Origin: Octopus bimaculoides
Taxonomy: Eukaryota
Length of the DNA: 40,757 nt
NCBI RefSeq assembly: GCF_001194135.2
Contig: NC_068981.1
Span: 110,352,395-110,393,151 of the forward strand
Direction of reading: 5' to 3'
In this document: positions 23,106 through 34,837 of the stretch, one piece after another
Position numbering within the stretch: the first letter of the stretch is position 1
How the letters are laid out: every line of letters starts with the position of its first letter
The notes under the pieces: model-generated
What the model saw: the letters and a program-made list of their open reading frames with translations, nothing else
The model's database searches: none
Told to the model about the DNA's origin: nothing
Position numbers and translations under genes: made by a program

Positions 23106-24254
23106 CAGACATGACAGAAGTAAATAGACACCCTTGTGATTGTTAAAATTTATTTAAATCTGGAATTATACATTCAAATTATTTATTAATTATTATAATG
23201 TGAATATCTGATATTTAGTAGATATGCCCTTTGCATTTTTCAATGCAAGGATCCTTTTAGGCATGCTGCTGATCAGATGAATATTCTCTTGAGGAATTTC
23301 TTGCCAAGTTTCATGTAATAATCTCAAAAGGTCTGGCTTTGAAGATGCTTTCTTGTTCTTTTTATGAAGTGTCCTGTCCATTATGCCCCAGAGGTGTTCA
23401 ATAGGGTTCATATCTGGTGACTGACTTGATCATGGAAGCTTTTTAATGCCATTCTTTTCCAACCAATCTTAGGTCTTTTTAGCTGTGTGGCAAGAATCTC
23501 ATCTTCCAGAAATAAATAGCTGTCTTTAATCATTTCACCACTGAAGAAGATTGGAAGGAGTCCTTTCTGCAATATGGACACATATTTATCTGAGTTTATG
23601 TTTTCATCACTCTCCATCAGCTCTGATCAACCAATGCTCCAAATTGACCCAGACCATCACAGAATAGCTGTTGTATTTCATTGTTGGCTGCAATCTTTTC
23701 ACATCAAATTCTTGATCCACAGTTGACCACTGTCAGAAAATACAGCAAATCTGGACTCCTCAGACAATATGACAGTGTCCCAAAATGTTAGCCTTTCCAC
23801 CATCTCTCTGGCTTGATCTTTTCCTCTTTTGATATTGGCTGATCGAAGAAGTGATTTACTTCTTGCTGCTCTGCCATAGTAGCCAAGTTTGTGGAGATAC
23901 CTAACAGTTGTTCTGGGACTGACATCAACTTGTTCAGCTATGTCAGATACCTTGCAACAAATCAAAGGGTTCTGTCAGAGGGCCCTGGTCAACCTGGGAG
24001 AGATGATGTGGACTCCCTCCCCTCTCTGGTGAATTGCACAATCACCCTATTAACTGTAGAAAGCAGGATTCCAAGGTTTTCTGCAGTTTTACACTGACTA
24101 AGTCTACCTTCAGATTGACCCACATGATTAAATAGCCACATGTAGAACCTAAAACGTAAATATGTCAGTTAATAAAAAATATAAACCTTTTCAGGTTAAG
24201 ATAAGCCTAGAACAATATTTTATGGGTTGTCTATTTACCTCTGTCATATCTCTG
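23106..24254 (-). mobile_element. Tc1-family transposon (DD34E type), defective
   Basis: TIRs CAGACATGACAGAAGTAAATAGACACCC and GGGTTGTCTATTTACCTCTGTCATATCTCTG with TA on both sides. Protein motifs: [11 protein letters not shown]...PGPSDR, GYYGRAARSKSLL, FWDTVILSEESRF, MNPIEHLWG...LISSMPKRILALKNAKGISTKY. Confidence 0.92.
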
Positions 24255-24429
24255 TATATATCCCTTTAATGATAAGGTCTACACAAGCTAAATCTGTGAT
24301 CTAGCTTTAATGACCATTTTCAGTAGCCATGACTGCTACAAAATTTTCCTTTCTTATAAATTCAAAGCGTATGACATAGGAGAAAGGATAAATAGCAGAA
24401 AACTTTATCTGGATTGCTAGAGAGAGAGC

Positions 24430-26944
24430 AGATCTTTTCAATCTCAGTCATAGATTTTAGAATTGATTTTTGTTAACTAAATAGTTTGAAACTTCAGATA
24501 CTGGTTGAATGTGTCACGTAGAACATGGTTTATCCTTAACATTTTTGACAATATTTTGTATTTTAGAAGTTATTTCGTGTAAAAGTTGTTATATTTGGGT
24601 AATTTTAACCAATCAATGACATGTATTCAACTAAAAAAAGTTACTGCTGTTTGTAAAAGTAATCAAGCAACAACTTCCGGGTCATCTGTAGTAAATTCAT
24701 TTTTCAACCGAGTGTGGTTTATTCCATTTGTTGTTCACCTTGGCTGCTGTGTTTTGGATATTTTTCACCACTCTGTTTTATTTTTGCGTGTAATTATTTT
24801 CACGACTGTTTTATTTTATTTTTGCTTAATTTTCAACAACTTTTGCTTACTTGCCTGTTGTATTTTATTTTTTGTATTTGGAAGTATGACTGCAGCCAAA
24901 TCATATAGCCTCTGCAATTTGATGGACACAATTAGTCAGCTATATTGACTATAGGAGGACACAATTAGTCAGCTGTATTGACCCAGTACTTACTTCTCTA
25001 GTATTTTATTTTATTGCCTTCAGAAACATAGAAATGTGAAGTAAAGTGTGTTGACGCTGCTAACCCTTTCATGACTTAATTTCTGATAGATAATCTGTTT
25101 CAATTAATCTTTAGTGCCACTTTAGGATACAGTATACATTACCATTTACACTTTAGCATGCTATCTAACCCTAATTCTAAACCATAGCTCTAACCCTAAC
25201 CTAACCCATAACAAGGCATGTACACGATGTAAACAAAAGGAAAAACAATACAAACAGATGAAGGTTAAATCAATTTTAATGCCGGATATTACACTTTGAA
25301 ATGCATTGTAAGATTTCATGGCAGTACATACACAATTCAGGTAGTGGTACATATGAGATAATAATCGGGTAGGTCTGCAACACATACAACAGCAGGATAC
25401 ATTGAAAGATACAAGCAAAGATTAAATCAATTTTAATGCAGGATATTACACTTTGAAATGCACTGTAAGATTTCATGGCAGTACACAGTGCAAGCAGAGA
25501 AGCATAGGAAAAAAGAAAAAAAAGGCTGGACTAATAATTGGAAATAAGCAAATAAAAAAGAAGAAAAAAAGCAGGCAGGTGTAAGAAATAAATAGGCAGA
25601 GATACATCAACAAACACACATGTACGAATACATTTAAGCAAGATTTGAAAATCTTGCACTTTTCATATCTTCTCTGCCACATAAATTTGCAGAGGTAGGA
25701 GTCAATCATCGAATAGTGTGTACCACACCGTCGCTTATTTTTCAGTTTCACACACACCCAAGTACTTTCCACTTGTTGCATTTGTGTTTCATCGTTGGAG
25801 TTAACAAACTTGACGTTCAAACAAACTATACCCCTCAATCTCTGGAATGTGTGAATATGCTTTCCATAGGTCGCTAAATATCGTGGTTCCCGGGAGAATC
25901 GAATGGCAGATGCATTCTTCTAGTGTGTTGCGATTCCTACAAGGTACTGCATAAAGAAAAACTTGTTTGGTCTTGCAGCACACTCCTCCGAAAATCCATT
26001 GGTGAAATAGCACCCTCCCCTGACTATACTTTCTCCTAGAGAAGACTGTCTCGTCTATCTCGACAATCTTCCTAGGACCACCTATTTGAACTGGGTTGAT
26101 GAGTAAGTCCTGTGCACATATTTCTTGGACATAACTGTTGTAATCCACCGCTGTAATGTGGCTCATCTCCAGTTTTCTTCTATGCAATAACGGACTGTAG
26201 TCAGTTCCTTGACCCAAGAGTACAAACAAAAATATACGACTACAGTCCACAGAGTAAGTGCGCTACCTTCCAGCCATGTACCTTTTCTGACAGATACAGT
26301 CTCATTGCAACCTTTGCGACTGCACTGCCAATAAAGATTCTCCTAGACCACTTTCTTTTTCATCAAGTGCCCATTTCTACACTTTTTAACTAAAGGTATT
26401 ATAGTCTTCTCTGTGAAGTATGCTGCCGCATCCTCCTCAATTTTAATTGTATCCATCAAATTGCAGAGGCTATATGATTTGGCTGCAGCCATACTTCCAA
26501 ATACAAAAATTAAAATACAACAGGCAAATAAACAAAAGTTGTTGAAAATTAAGCAAAAATAAAATAAAACACAGTCATGAAAATAATTACACGCAAAAAT
26601 AAAACAGAATGGTGAAAATAATTACAGGCAAGGCAAAATATCTAAAGACATAGCAGCCAAGGTGAACAACAAATGGAATAAACCACACTCGGTTGAAAAA
26701 TGAATTTACTACAGATGACCCGGAAGTTGTTGCTTGATTACTTTTGCAAACAGCAGTAACTTTCTTCAGCTGAATACAATTACCCAAATATGACAACTTT
26801 TAACACAAAATAAATTCTAAAATACAAAATTTTGTCAAAAATGTTAAGAGTAAACCGTGTTCTATATGACACATTCAAACAGTTTCAAACTGTTTAGTTA
26901 AAAAAAATTAATAAAAAAATCTGTGACTGAGATTGAAAATATCC
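24430..26944 (-). mobile_element. Merlin (IS1595/ISXO2-like) transposon with ~500-bp TIRs
   Basis: Arms 24430-24933 and 26445-26944 are reverse complements with small indels. The flanks GAGAGAGC (24422-24429) and AAGAGAGC (26945-26952) match at 7 of 8 positions, consistent with an 8-bp TSD. Confidence 0.92.
25600..26492 (-). pseudogene. Merlin DDE transposase pseudogene
   Basis: MAAAKSYSL...WQCSRKGCNETVSVRKGTWLEGS...GGPRKIVEIDETVFSRRKY.QGR...WIFGG...ILPGTTIFSDLWKAY...QVESTW...SYLCKFMWQRR. One stop and frameshifts. The end is approximate. Confidence 0.92.
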
Positions 26945-28270
26945 AAGAGAGCCAGACATAACATAATTTAGCTAGGAAGAATGAAAGGTGTCAGCTATTC
27001 TGTTCCATAAAGTTCTTGGAATTGCAAGATTTATCCAAACCCTCCTGAGATGTCTCCTTTTTCTCCTGCAAATTATCAGCCATTTCTATATTTGATGGAA
27101 TCTAACAGTGCACTGTTTAGCTAATGATTTTATTGTATGTGTATGCATGTGTGAAAGTGGGAGAAGAGATTAGGCTATATAAAACTAAATTAATGAAAAT
27201 AATTACGATAGAAAGCTATTGGTATAATTTTCTTTAGTAAAGAACTTCATTTCTAATTGCTATATGCTGTTATATGCAATAGTGAGTTGTTCTCATTAAA
27301 ATATCTTCCATGTTTATTTTCTCATGCTATCAATTAAATTTGTTTTATTATATTTTTTATGTTCTGTATTGGTGTTTTACCAATGTGCTGCTTCTAAGTA
27401 ATGGTTAAACTTTTCAAAACAGAGATGTGGGAAAGGAAGGGAAGTATACCCTTATGCATATATCCAACTGTGACTATGGTAGATGTGTACTTAAAGGACT
27501 CTTGTACCAAAAAGTTTGTAATATGCTTTGAAAGTTACAACTCTGTAAACTCTTAAGATGTGTAGCTAGCCACAGCTACTTAATGCCATTCACATAACAA
27601 CTGTTATACTTCCATTTTTGTTCAATAGTCTAGGTGTTGTCATGTAAGGCTTTACTTCCACTATTAATACAATGATAGGTTGGCATAGCTGTCAAATTGC
27701 TTGTGTGTGTGTGTGTGAGAGAGAGAACGAATAGACATATATTGTTTAGGTTCTGCTTTCTGATTGTTTTTTCCATTTTTTCCTCATTCTTTGTCACTGG
27801 TTAGGATTATTACCACTAAACTTTAAATAATCTGAATAAATCGATTTTTATTTGACATAGTTGATAATAAGAATATTATAGAAATGTACAATTCTGCATC
27901 TCATTGCATAAAACAAGTTTTTACTAAAGAATCTCATTGGGTAGGATTGTGACCATTGCTTCTAAAGAAGTATGTCTATTTGTATAGGTGTTTACATATA
28001 TTCACCTAACAAACAATAAGCACTTCATACACTCAACAGCACTTTTAGGGTTGATATACACATTGAAATGTTAACAGAGTGTCTGAAGTACTTGACTCAC
28101 AAAAGGATTAATAACATGAAATCAATAAAAAGAGAGAATAGGCAAATGAAATCAACTTTATATATATACNNNNNNNNNNNNNNNNNNNNNNNNNNNNNNN
28201 NNNNNNNNNNNNNNNNNNNNNNNNNNNNNNNNNNNNNNNNNNNNNNNNNNNNNNNNNNNNNNNNNNNNNA

Positions 28271-28303
<33 letters not shown>

Positions 28304-28404
28304 CAATGCCTCAGTAATGTATAAATTTAACTTGTGAACATGCAAAAGTAGTCATGCATGTGCATGTGTGGAGGACACACATTTTGTCTTTATATAAGAA
28401 TAAT

Positions 28405-28510
28405 AATGATAAGAATAATAATTATTATTAAATCCTACAGCTTTTCTTGCAAACTGGACTAGCTATGTGGTGCATAATGCTTAGTTTTGCAAAAGGGTGG
28501 TGTGCTCTCA
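28405..28510. repeat. Unclassified ~100-bp repeat, copy 1
   Basis: High identity (roughly 80-85% by eye) to 30050-30153. Confidence 0.85.
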
Positions 28511-28698
28511 ACCTGCTTCCCCCAGTGTCTGTCATATATTTAAAATACATTCCCAAATATCATTCTATTCCTTTCAATGCCATTTCATGAATCAACAACT
28601 CACTCACTCTTTCTGAATCAACAGCTAAGTTATTATTACTATTATTCAAATGTGATTAAGTCAATGAATCTAGAATTCCCCCATTTTTTCAATATCTA

Positions 28699-29933
28699 TT
28701 AGGTTGGCGACTAAGTTCCCGCTGTTTTTTTTTATTTAAATTTTTTTTTAAAGTTTAATAAAAAATAACAACTAATTAATCAATAATGTATTCACCCTTG
28801 TTGTTTCCAACTTCTTCCCAACGTTCAACAAGATTTTCAAAACCTCGTTGGTAGAAATCACCCAATTTCAACTCGAAAAATTGATCTAACCAAGCTCTCA
28901 ATTCTGCATCAGTATTGAACGAAACAACCTGCATAGCATTTGAAAGAGATGGCGGGTGTAGCAGCACTTCCCAGCCATGTGTTTGAATGGCTTCCTTGGT
29001 CATATTGGCGATTTGAGTGTGGGTGTTGTCATGCAGCAGAAGAACTCCATGCTGACAATTAGGTCTTTTTTCTTGAATAGCCATGTTGAGTCAATGCATC
29101 TGTTAAACATAGAGTTCCACGTTGACCATTTGGTTCTGTTCAAGCAATTCGTAGTGGATAATCCCTTCCCAGTCCCACCATCCCCACAACATCATTTTAC
29201 ATGGATGAAGAGCTTGTTTCACGCTCTGTGGCGCTTGTTTACCGGGGCTAAGCCATTCCTTTCGCTGCTTCATATTGATGTACTGGCACCATTTTTCGGC
29301 GCCAGTAATGATTCAGTAAAGAAATCATTGCTTGTGTCCATGAGTTGAGTGGTGACGAGCAAGCAAACCAGTGGAGATTGTGGCTCGTTGATTTTTGTTA
29401 TTGTCACTTAAAGCATGTGGAATCCATACTCCATACTTCTGAACCTTTCCCATTGAGTGAAGATACTTCTCTATAGCAGTGTGGGAGCATTCCATTTTCT
29501 CTGCCAGTTCCCTTGTCGTTTGACAAGAATTTTCATGCAAAAGTTGGTTTAATCGCTCTTCATCAAACTCAACTCGACAACCAGAACGAGGAGCATCTTT
29601 GAGGTCAAAATTTCCATTTTTGAACTTGGCATACTAATCACGAGCTTTCAGCTATGTTACCCTCTCCATACACAGCACAAATATCGTGAGCAGCTTTTGC
29701 GGCCTTGATTAAAAGCAAAAAGAAAGAGGTGTCGAAAATGCTTGTTTTTCTTAACTTGACATTCCATTTTAATGATTTGAAAATAACCAAAAATTAATTA
29801 AAATTAACTAGAAAAAAAAAAGATTCCAAAATGATTTTAAAATAGAATTCTTGGAAAAAATAGATTCCAAAATTTAAAAACGCAATAAATTCCAACATTT
29901 AAAAAAATGGCGGGAACTTAGTTGCCAACCCAA
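28699..29933 (-). mobile_element. mariner transposon, defective
   Basis: TIRs TTAGGTTGGCGACTAAGTTCCCGC and GCGGGAACTTAGTTGCCAACCCAA with TA on both sides. CDS remnant 29767..28776 reads MECQVKKNKHFRHL...GVWIPHALS...LLHDNTHT...HPP...YQRGFENLVERWEEVGNNKGEYIID. Confidence 0.93.
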
Positions 29934-30049
29934 TAGTTGCCAAGATCACACTTAGTTTCATTTCAATTTCAGCCAGACTCCTCACATTGCTTATGCGATA
30001 AATTTAACGATTAAAATATACATGTATATTAATTTAGTATCAATATTTT

Positions 30050-30153
30050 AATGATAAGAATAATAATTATTAGTAAACCCTATGGCATTTCTTCCGAACC
30101 GGTCTAGCTATGTGGTGCGTAACACTTAGTTTGGCAAAAGGGCTGTGCTCTGA
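30050..30153. repeat. Unclassified ~100-bp repeat, copy 2
   Basis: Direct repeat of 28405-28510. Confidence 0.85.
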
Positions 30154-30159
30154 ATGTCC

Positions 30160-31430
30160 ATTTTGCACACCCAGCCATCAGAGTTGATAGCAGCATAATA
30201 GATAAGGCAATTAAGGACATGAAGACAGGGAAAGCCCCTGGGCCATCAGGAATCCCTGCTGAGATGATTAAAATTTCCGGTGGCGTAGGATACAGCTTAG
30301 TCATCCATGTAGTTAATCAGTTTATTCAGGAAGGTACCATCCCCAACGATTGGTGTAGTAGCATTATAATTAGCTGCTACAAGGGTAAAGGAGATAGAAA
30401 CAACTACAGAGGTATTAAACTGCTAGACCAAGTCATGAAAATTACTGAGAGGGTTATAGCTCAATTGATTAGAAATAAAATTAAACTAGTTGAAATGCAT
30501 TTCAGTTTTGCCAACTTCTGCAGGAAAAATACTTGGTCAAAAGGAAGCCATTGTACTAAGCCTTCAACGAAGTTTCTCACTCTGTTATATGGTGGTCTCT
30601 AAGGAAGTTAGGAGTAGAGGAGTGGCTTGTTAGAGCTGTCCAAGCCATGTACAGTGGTGTGGTCAGTAAGGTGAGAGTCGGCCATGAATACAGTGACGAA
30701 TTCAGTGTTCAGGTAGGGGTTCATCAGGGCTCAGTTTTCAGCCCACTTTTATTCATTATAGTCCTTCAGACTATAACAGAGGAATTCAAGGTTGGGTGCC
30801 CATGGGAGCTTCTATATGCTGATGACCTTGCTCTTATCGTAGAATCTTTAGCAGGATTGAAGAAATTCCAGGTATGGAAACAAAACCTGGGAGCAAACTT
30901 AGCTAAGACAAAAGTGGTTGTTAGTAAGAAAGAAGATAAAACTTCCTTTCCATCAGGTCCTGCTCCATATGCAGGAAAAGAATTGGAAGAAATTCCATTT
31001 GCTGCACCCAGTGTAAACTATGGACTCTCTTGAGGTTTTAGATAGTTTCTGTTACCTAAGTTTATCTTACCTAAGTGACCAAATTAGCATGCTCTGAAAG
31101 TATTGTTTCTAGAATAAGAATTAGATGGGGGAAGTTCAGAGAGCTATTACTTCTCTTGGCAACAAAAAGACTCTCTCTCAGAGTGAAAGATAGACTATAT
31201 GATGCCTGTGTACAAATGGCTATACTCCACGGTAGTGAGACATGGGCTCTGAATTCGGAAGACATACGTAGACTAGAGAGAAACAAGGATAATATTCTCC
31301 GTTGGATGTGCAACATCAGTGCACATGTATTGCAAAGTGCAAATATATTGAGAGAAAAGTTAGGCATAAGAGGAATCAAATGTAGCATGCAAGAGAGAAA
31401 ATTACACTGGTTTGGACATGTGATGCATTG
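30160..31430 (+). pseudogene. RTE LINE RT fragment
   Basis: MKTGKAPGPSGIPAEMIK..., VGVHQGSVFSPLLF, WELLYADDLAL, RIRIRWGKFRELL...LHGSETW...LHWFGHVM. Confidence 0.93.
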
Positions 31431-31499
31431 CCTAACTCTCACCCCCCAATCTTGTCCTCACACCCCTGTTCCTTTGTATCATTGCTATGCAGTAGCCCC

Positions 31500-32110
31500 C
31501 TCACTCAATACATACCCAGGTCTTTTGCTACTTACTCACACTCTTTAATCACACTCCCTTTGCAATATCCTGCCGCTTTATAGCATTTGAAGCTCAAGGG
31601 TATACCCTGGCATTTTCCACCATCTATATCTCTCTCTTCCTTTACTCAATCATCCCATTTATATTCTGATCCTTATTCCTTGTTAGTATGCCCAGCATTT
31701 TGCCATCTCTATCCTGCTGTCTCCCACTCTCTCTCGTTCTCCTACACTTCCCTCAGGTTGGGTAACCATGTATTTCTTTTGCAGTAGCACACCTCTTTCT
31801 GTCTTCATTCCTGATCTTTCTCTCTCCAGCCAGGTAACCTTGTACTTCCTCTACAGCAAGACACCTGTATCTGTCTCACTATAACCTTTTCATCATCCAA
31901 CACAAGATCACCTCCTCCAATGCCTCCTCTCCTCTTGAAAGTTTTTTTTTTTTTTGTCTTGGTAGTAATTGGTGACCAGGTCAGTAAAGGTGTCACTTAA
32001 AAGCACCCAGTCTACACTGTAAAATGGTTGGTGTTTAGAAGGGCATCCAGCTGTAAAAACCTTGCCAAAACTGACTTTGCATGTGCTTGTGTCACGTAAA
32101 AAGCACTACT
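31500..32110 (+). mobile_element. RTE-tailed repeat with pyrimidine-rich body
   Basis: Homologous to the reverse complement of 4330-5000. Carries the AAGGGCATCCAGCTGTAAAA tail motif. Confidence 0.6.
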
Positions 32111-32144
32111 CACCTTGCCTGTGATTGTGCCATGTGATTCTGCT

Positions 32145-32470
32145 GAGGTTGACTTTGCCTTTCATCCTTTTGAGGTCGATAAATTAACCTTTTCGTTACC
32201 AACCTGACTGAAACAGGCTCTGGCTATGAATACAAATGTCTTGTTTTCATAAGTTTTGAATTAAAATCTTCCACCAATCCTTAGTTACAATTTATGTTCC
32301 TAACACCAGCTTAATGATAACTAAGTTAGTGAGGTAGCAGTATCAGCGAACATGCTTAGAGGTATTTTATCTGTCACTACATTCTGAGTTGAAATTCCAC
32401 TGAGGTTGACTTTGCCTTTAAGGGTTGATAAAGTAAATGCCAGTCAAGTACTGGAGTTCACAAATTTCAG
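32145..32470 (+). mobile_element. SINE fragments with a GAGGTYRACTTTGCCTTTCATCC central domain
   Basis: The motif occurs at ~32145 and ~32400, and again at ~33722 and ~34413. It resembles Sauria/Meta-type SINE central domains (recalled, not verified). Confidence 0.6.
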
Positions 32471-33809
32471 GCCTTGTGCCTATAATAAAAAGGATTATCA
32501 TGGTTGTTGTTGTGTTCAGCATCTTCCAATTGCTCTATTTAGAACAGTTGAAAATTTGTTTTGTTGTTGATTATTGGTGATTTTTTTTTTACTGATACTT
32601 CAATCTTTTTTATAATTTCATTCTTCTTTATAGTTGTGTTTTGTTCAAGAAGTTGCTGAAGCTCTCAATTGAGTAAGAACTTTCATCATATCTAAGAAGA
32701 TATACTCGAATAAAAAATGTTAACTACAGAACATTTTACAATCTTCCTGATCATTTTAGTCTTTCATTTCCCTTTTGAGGTTTCAACAATTTGTCAGCTA
32801 ATAGCTATCTTAAGGTCTTCTTTATCAAGAGTTTTTATACCATTAAAAATTTCTGTATCATGTCCTATTGTTTTGAGCTCTTAAACTATTACACTGCTTT
32901 TTATAAATGAGAATGTATGGTATTTAATGTTGTTATTGGTTAATCATTGTTACTGTTGTGTAATTCAGTCAAATGACATTAAAATTTTTGTCTTTGCTAA
33001 AAATTAGGATGGTTGCTATGTATAAAACAAGTTTAACTCTTTTGAAAGTATCTAATTGTATGATTTTAATGTCTTGTTTTCAAGATTGAAGATAAATTTC
33101 ATATTGTTAATTTTGTGGTTAACAAAGATATTTTAAGGAGTGCCATCCAAACTTTGGTGTTCTATGTATGGTGATGGTGAACTTGGAAACTTAAGTGCAC
33201 CACTAAAGATAAAGCAAAGAGAACATATTCATCTTGAAATTATGCTCATAAGAGTCGATGAAATATTTGTTGAATGATGCTGTGACTGCTTAAGTTTAGG
33301 CTGGTACATTGAGCACTCGTTGATTCCTATTACCTTCTTCAGGTACATCATTATAATTTATATTTTATTACTCTAAAATACTATCTAAAGTATTTTAAAA
33401 TAATAAAATGCTCTGATTAAAATTCTAAAATTCTAAAGACATGAAGCAGCTTAACTATTTATTGTGTCTTGCTTAGGAACTTTGTGATTTTTTTTCTTGT
33501 GGTGGTGGTGAGGGACCTTTTCAATTATTTTCTTAACTTTCAGTAAAGGAAATAGCAAGTTTAAAGCAGATTAAATAAATTTGGTCATAAGTTACTTTCT
33601 AATACCGGCAACAGCTTCGTTCTAAGAAATACTGGCAACATCAAAGTCTATAATCGAATATAAATATGTTGTGGCTACATGACCAGAGAATACCAAAAGT
33701 ATTCTGAATTCTAATCCCATCAAGGTCTATGTTGCTTTTCATCTTTGTGGTATCCATAAAATAAGTACCAGTTGAGCACTGAAGTAATTGACTTGCTCCC
33801 TTTCTCAAA

Positions 33810-34060
33810 ATTGTTGTTGTTGCTCTTTTTCTTAACTCAGATTTTATTGGAACTCTTAGGATCTTGCATGTGTAGCAGGCTTGCTACCTGCTGCCTATGA
33901 TACCATGCTATCTCTTCTTTTCAACTATCTAATACTTTCTTGATGGTTCTGGTCATGCCAAGGAGGCAAACCTTTTTGTTGTGGAAGGATTCTGACCACT
34001 CCCATGTGACTAAAAGTGGACTGAGACATTTCTATTAAATAGACAACTGTTGGGTCATCA
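33810..34060 (-). mobile_element. R4-like (RLE-type) non-LTR retrotransposon 3' end
   Basis: Minus strand KVCLLGMTRTIKKVLDS* matches the typical LQK..LLGTARI.RKVL C-terminus. It is followed by a 3' UTR with AATAAA and an (AAC)n tail at ~33811. Confidence 0.6.
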
Positions 34061-34189
34061 GCTGTTCGTGTTGGTAGCAGTTCACTGTGAGCCTTTGATA
34101 TAGAGTGTTGAGTCTCATGTAATAGCAGTGTCGTGTGTATACTTTTTTACTCCCTGCTTCATTATATTATATATCCAAATACAAAGACA

Positions 34190-34290
34190 TAAAACTTTTG
34201 TAACAGCTCTACTGAGTACTCTATTCCGATTTCCTTTATATTCCTTTTGATGCCTTCTGACACTGTCCCCAAGGAACCAACAACAATTGG
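34190..34290 (-). pseudogene. R4-like RLE domain C-terminal fragment
   Basis: PIVVGSLGTVSEGIKRNIKEIGIEYSVELLQK. Confidence 0.7.
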
Positions 34291-34400
34291 GTACACCAAA
34301 CGGAATTCCTTCCTGCGCCTTTCCTATACACTGAGCAGGGCCATTTACCTGTTTTCTTGCTTACTAGGACCTTGGTCTTTGCTAAGTTAACTTAGCAAAG
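34285..34400 (-). pseudogene. RTE LINE fragment (Cys-finger region after RT)
   Basis: VNLAKTKVLVSKKTGKWPCSV.RK(GAGRNSVWCT), homologous to 30895-31020. Confidence 0.75.
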
Positions 34401-34837
34401 GCACAGAAAGGAGGTGAGGTCAACTTTGCCTTTCATCTCTCCAGGCTTGATATAAGAAAGTATCAATCAAATTTTGGGATCAATGGTATGGATTAACACC
34501 TTCCTCTCAAAATTACTGGCCTTGTGCCTAAAATCAGAAACCTTTATCATTACTATTATTATTGAGTTTCACCGTAAATGTGTTGTGATATTTTGTTTCA
34601 GCCTTTTATATTCCAATTTTGAATCATGTCAAAATTAACTTTACTTTCCACATTCTATAGCCAATAAATTAAGTGCCAGTTCTAAATTCAACTATGCCTC
34701 TCTCAAACAAATTTGTGGCTGATATAATATATTATTACTATTTTTAGGAGCAGGTATGGCTGTCTTGTTTCACAACCATGTGCTTTTTGATTCAGTCCTA
34801 CATGGCACTTTGGCAAGTGTCTTATACAATAAATATA

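Noticed and set aside
24586-24948. 120-aa ORF and its mirror ORF at 26587-26796
   Set aside because: Both are low-complexity reads through the Merlin TIR arms, not genes.
26990-27083. Minus-strand small ORF MADNLQEKKETSQEGLDKSCNSKNFMEQNS*
   Set aside because: Only 30 codons, with no strong donor or homology, so it is within chance expectation.
5445-28345. ORFs with IYIYIY, X runs or HTHT/CVCV
   Set aside because: Translations of microsatellites and N gaps.
28977-29348. Antisense ORFs over transposases (also 2292-2603, 10497-10811, 18767-18970, 31071-31442, 39414-39881)
   Set aside because: Shadow frames of transposon coding sequence.
33138-33342. Possible selenoprotein exon (in-frame TGA in ...IFVE*CCDC...)
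   Set aside because: The context matches no Sec motif I know, no SECIS was seen and the exon itself is unsupported.
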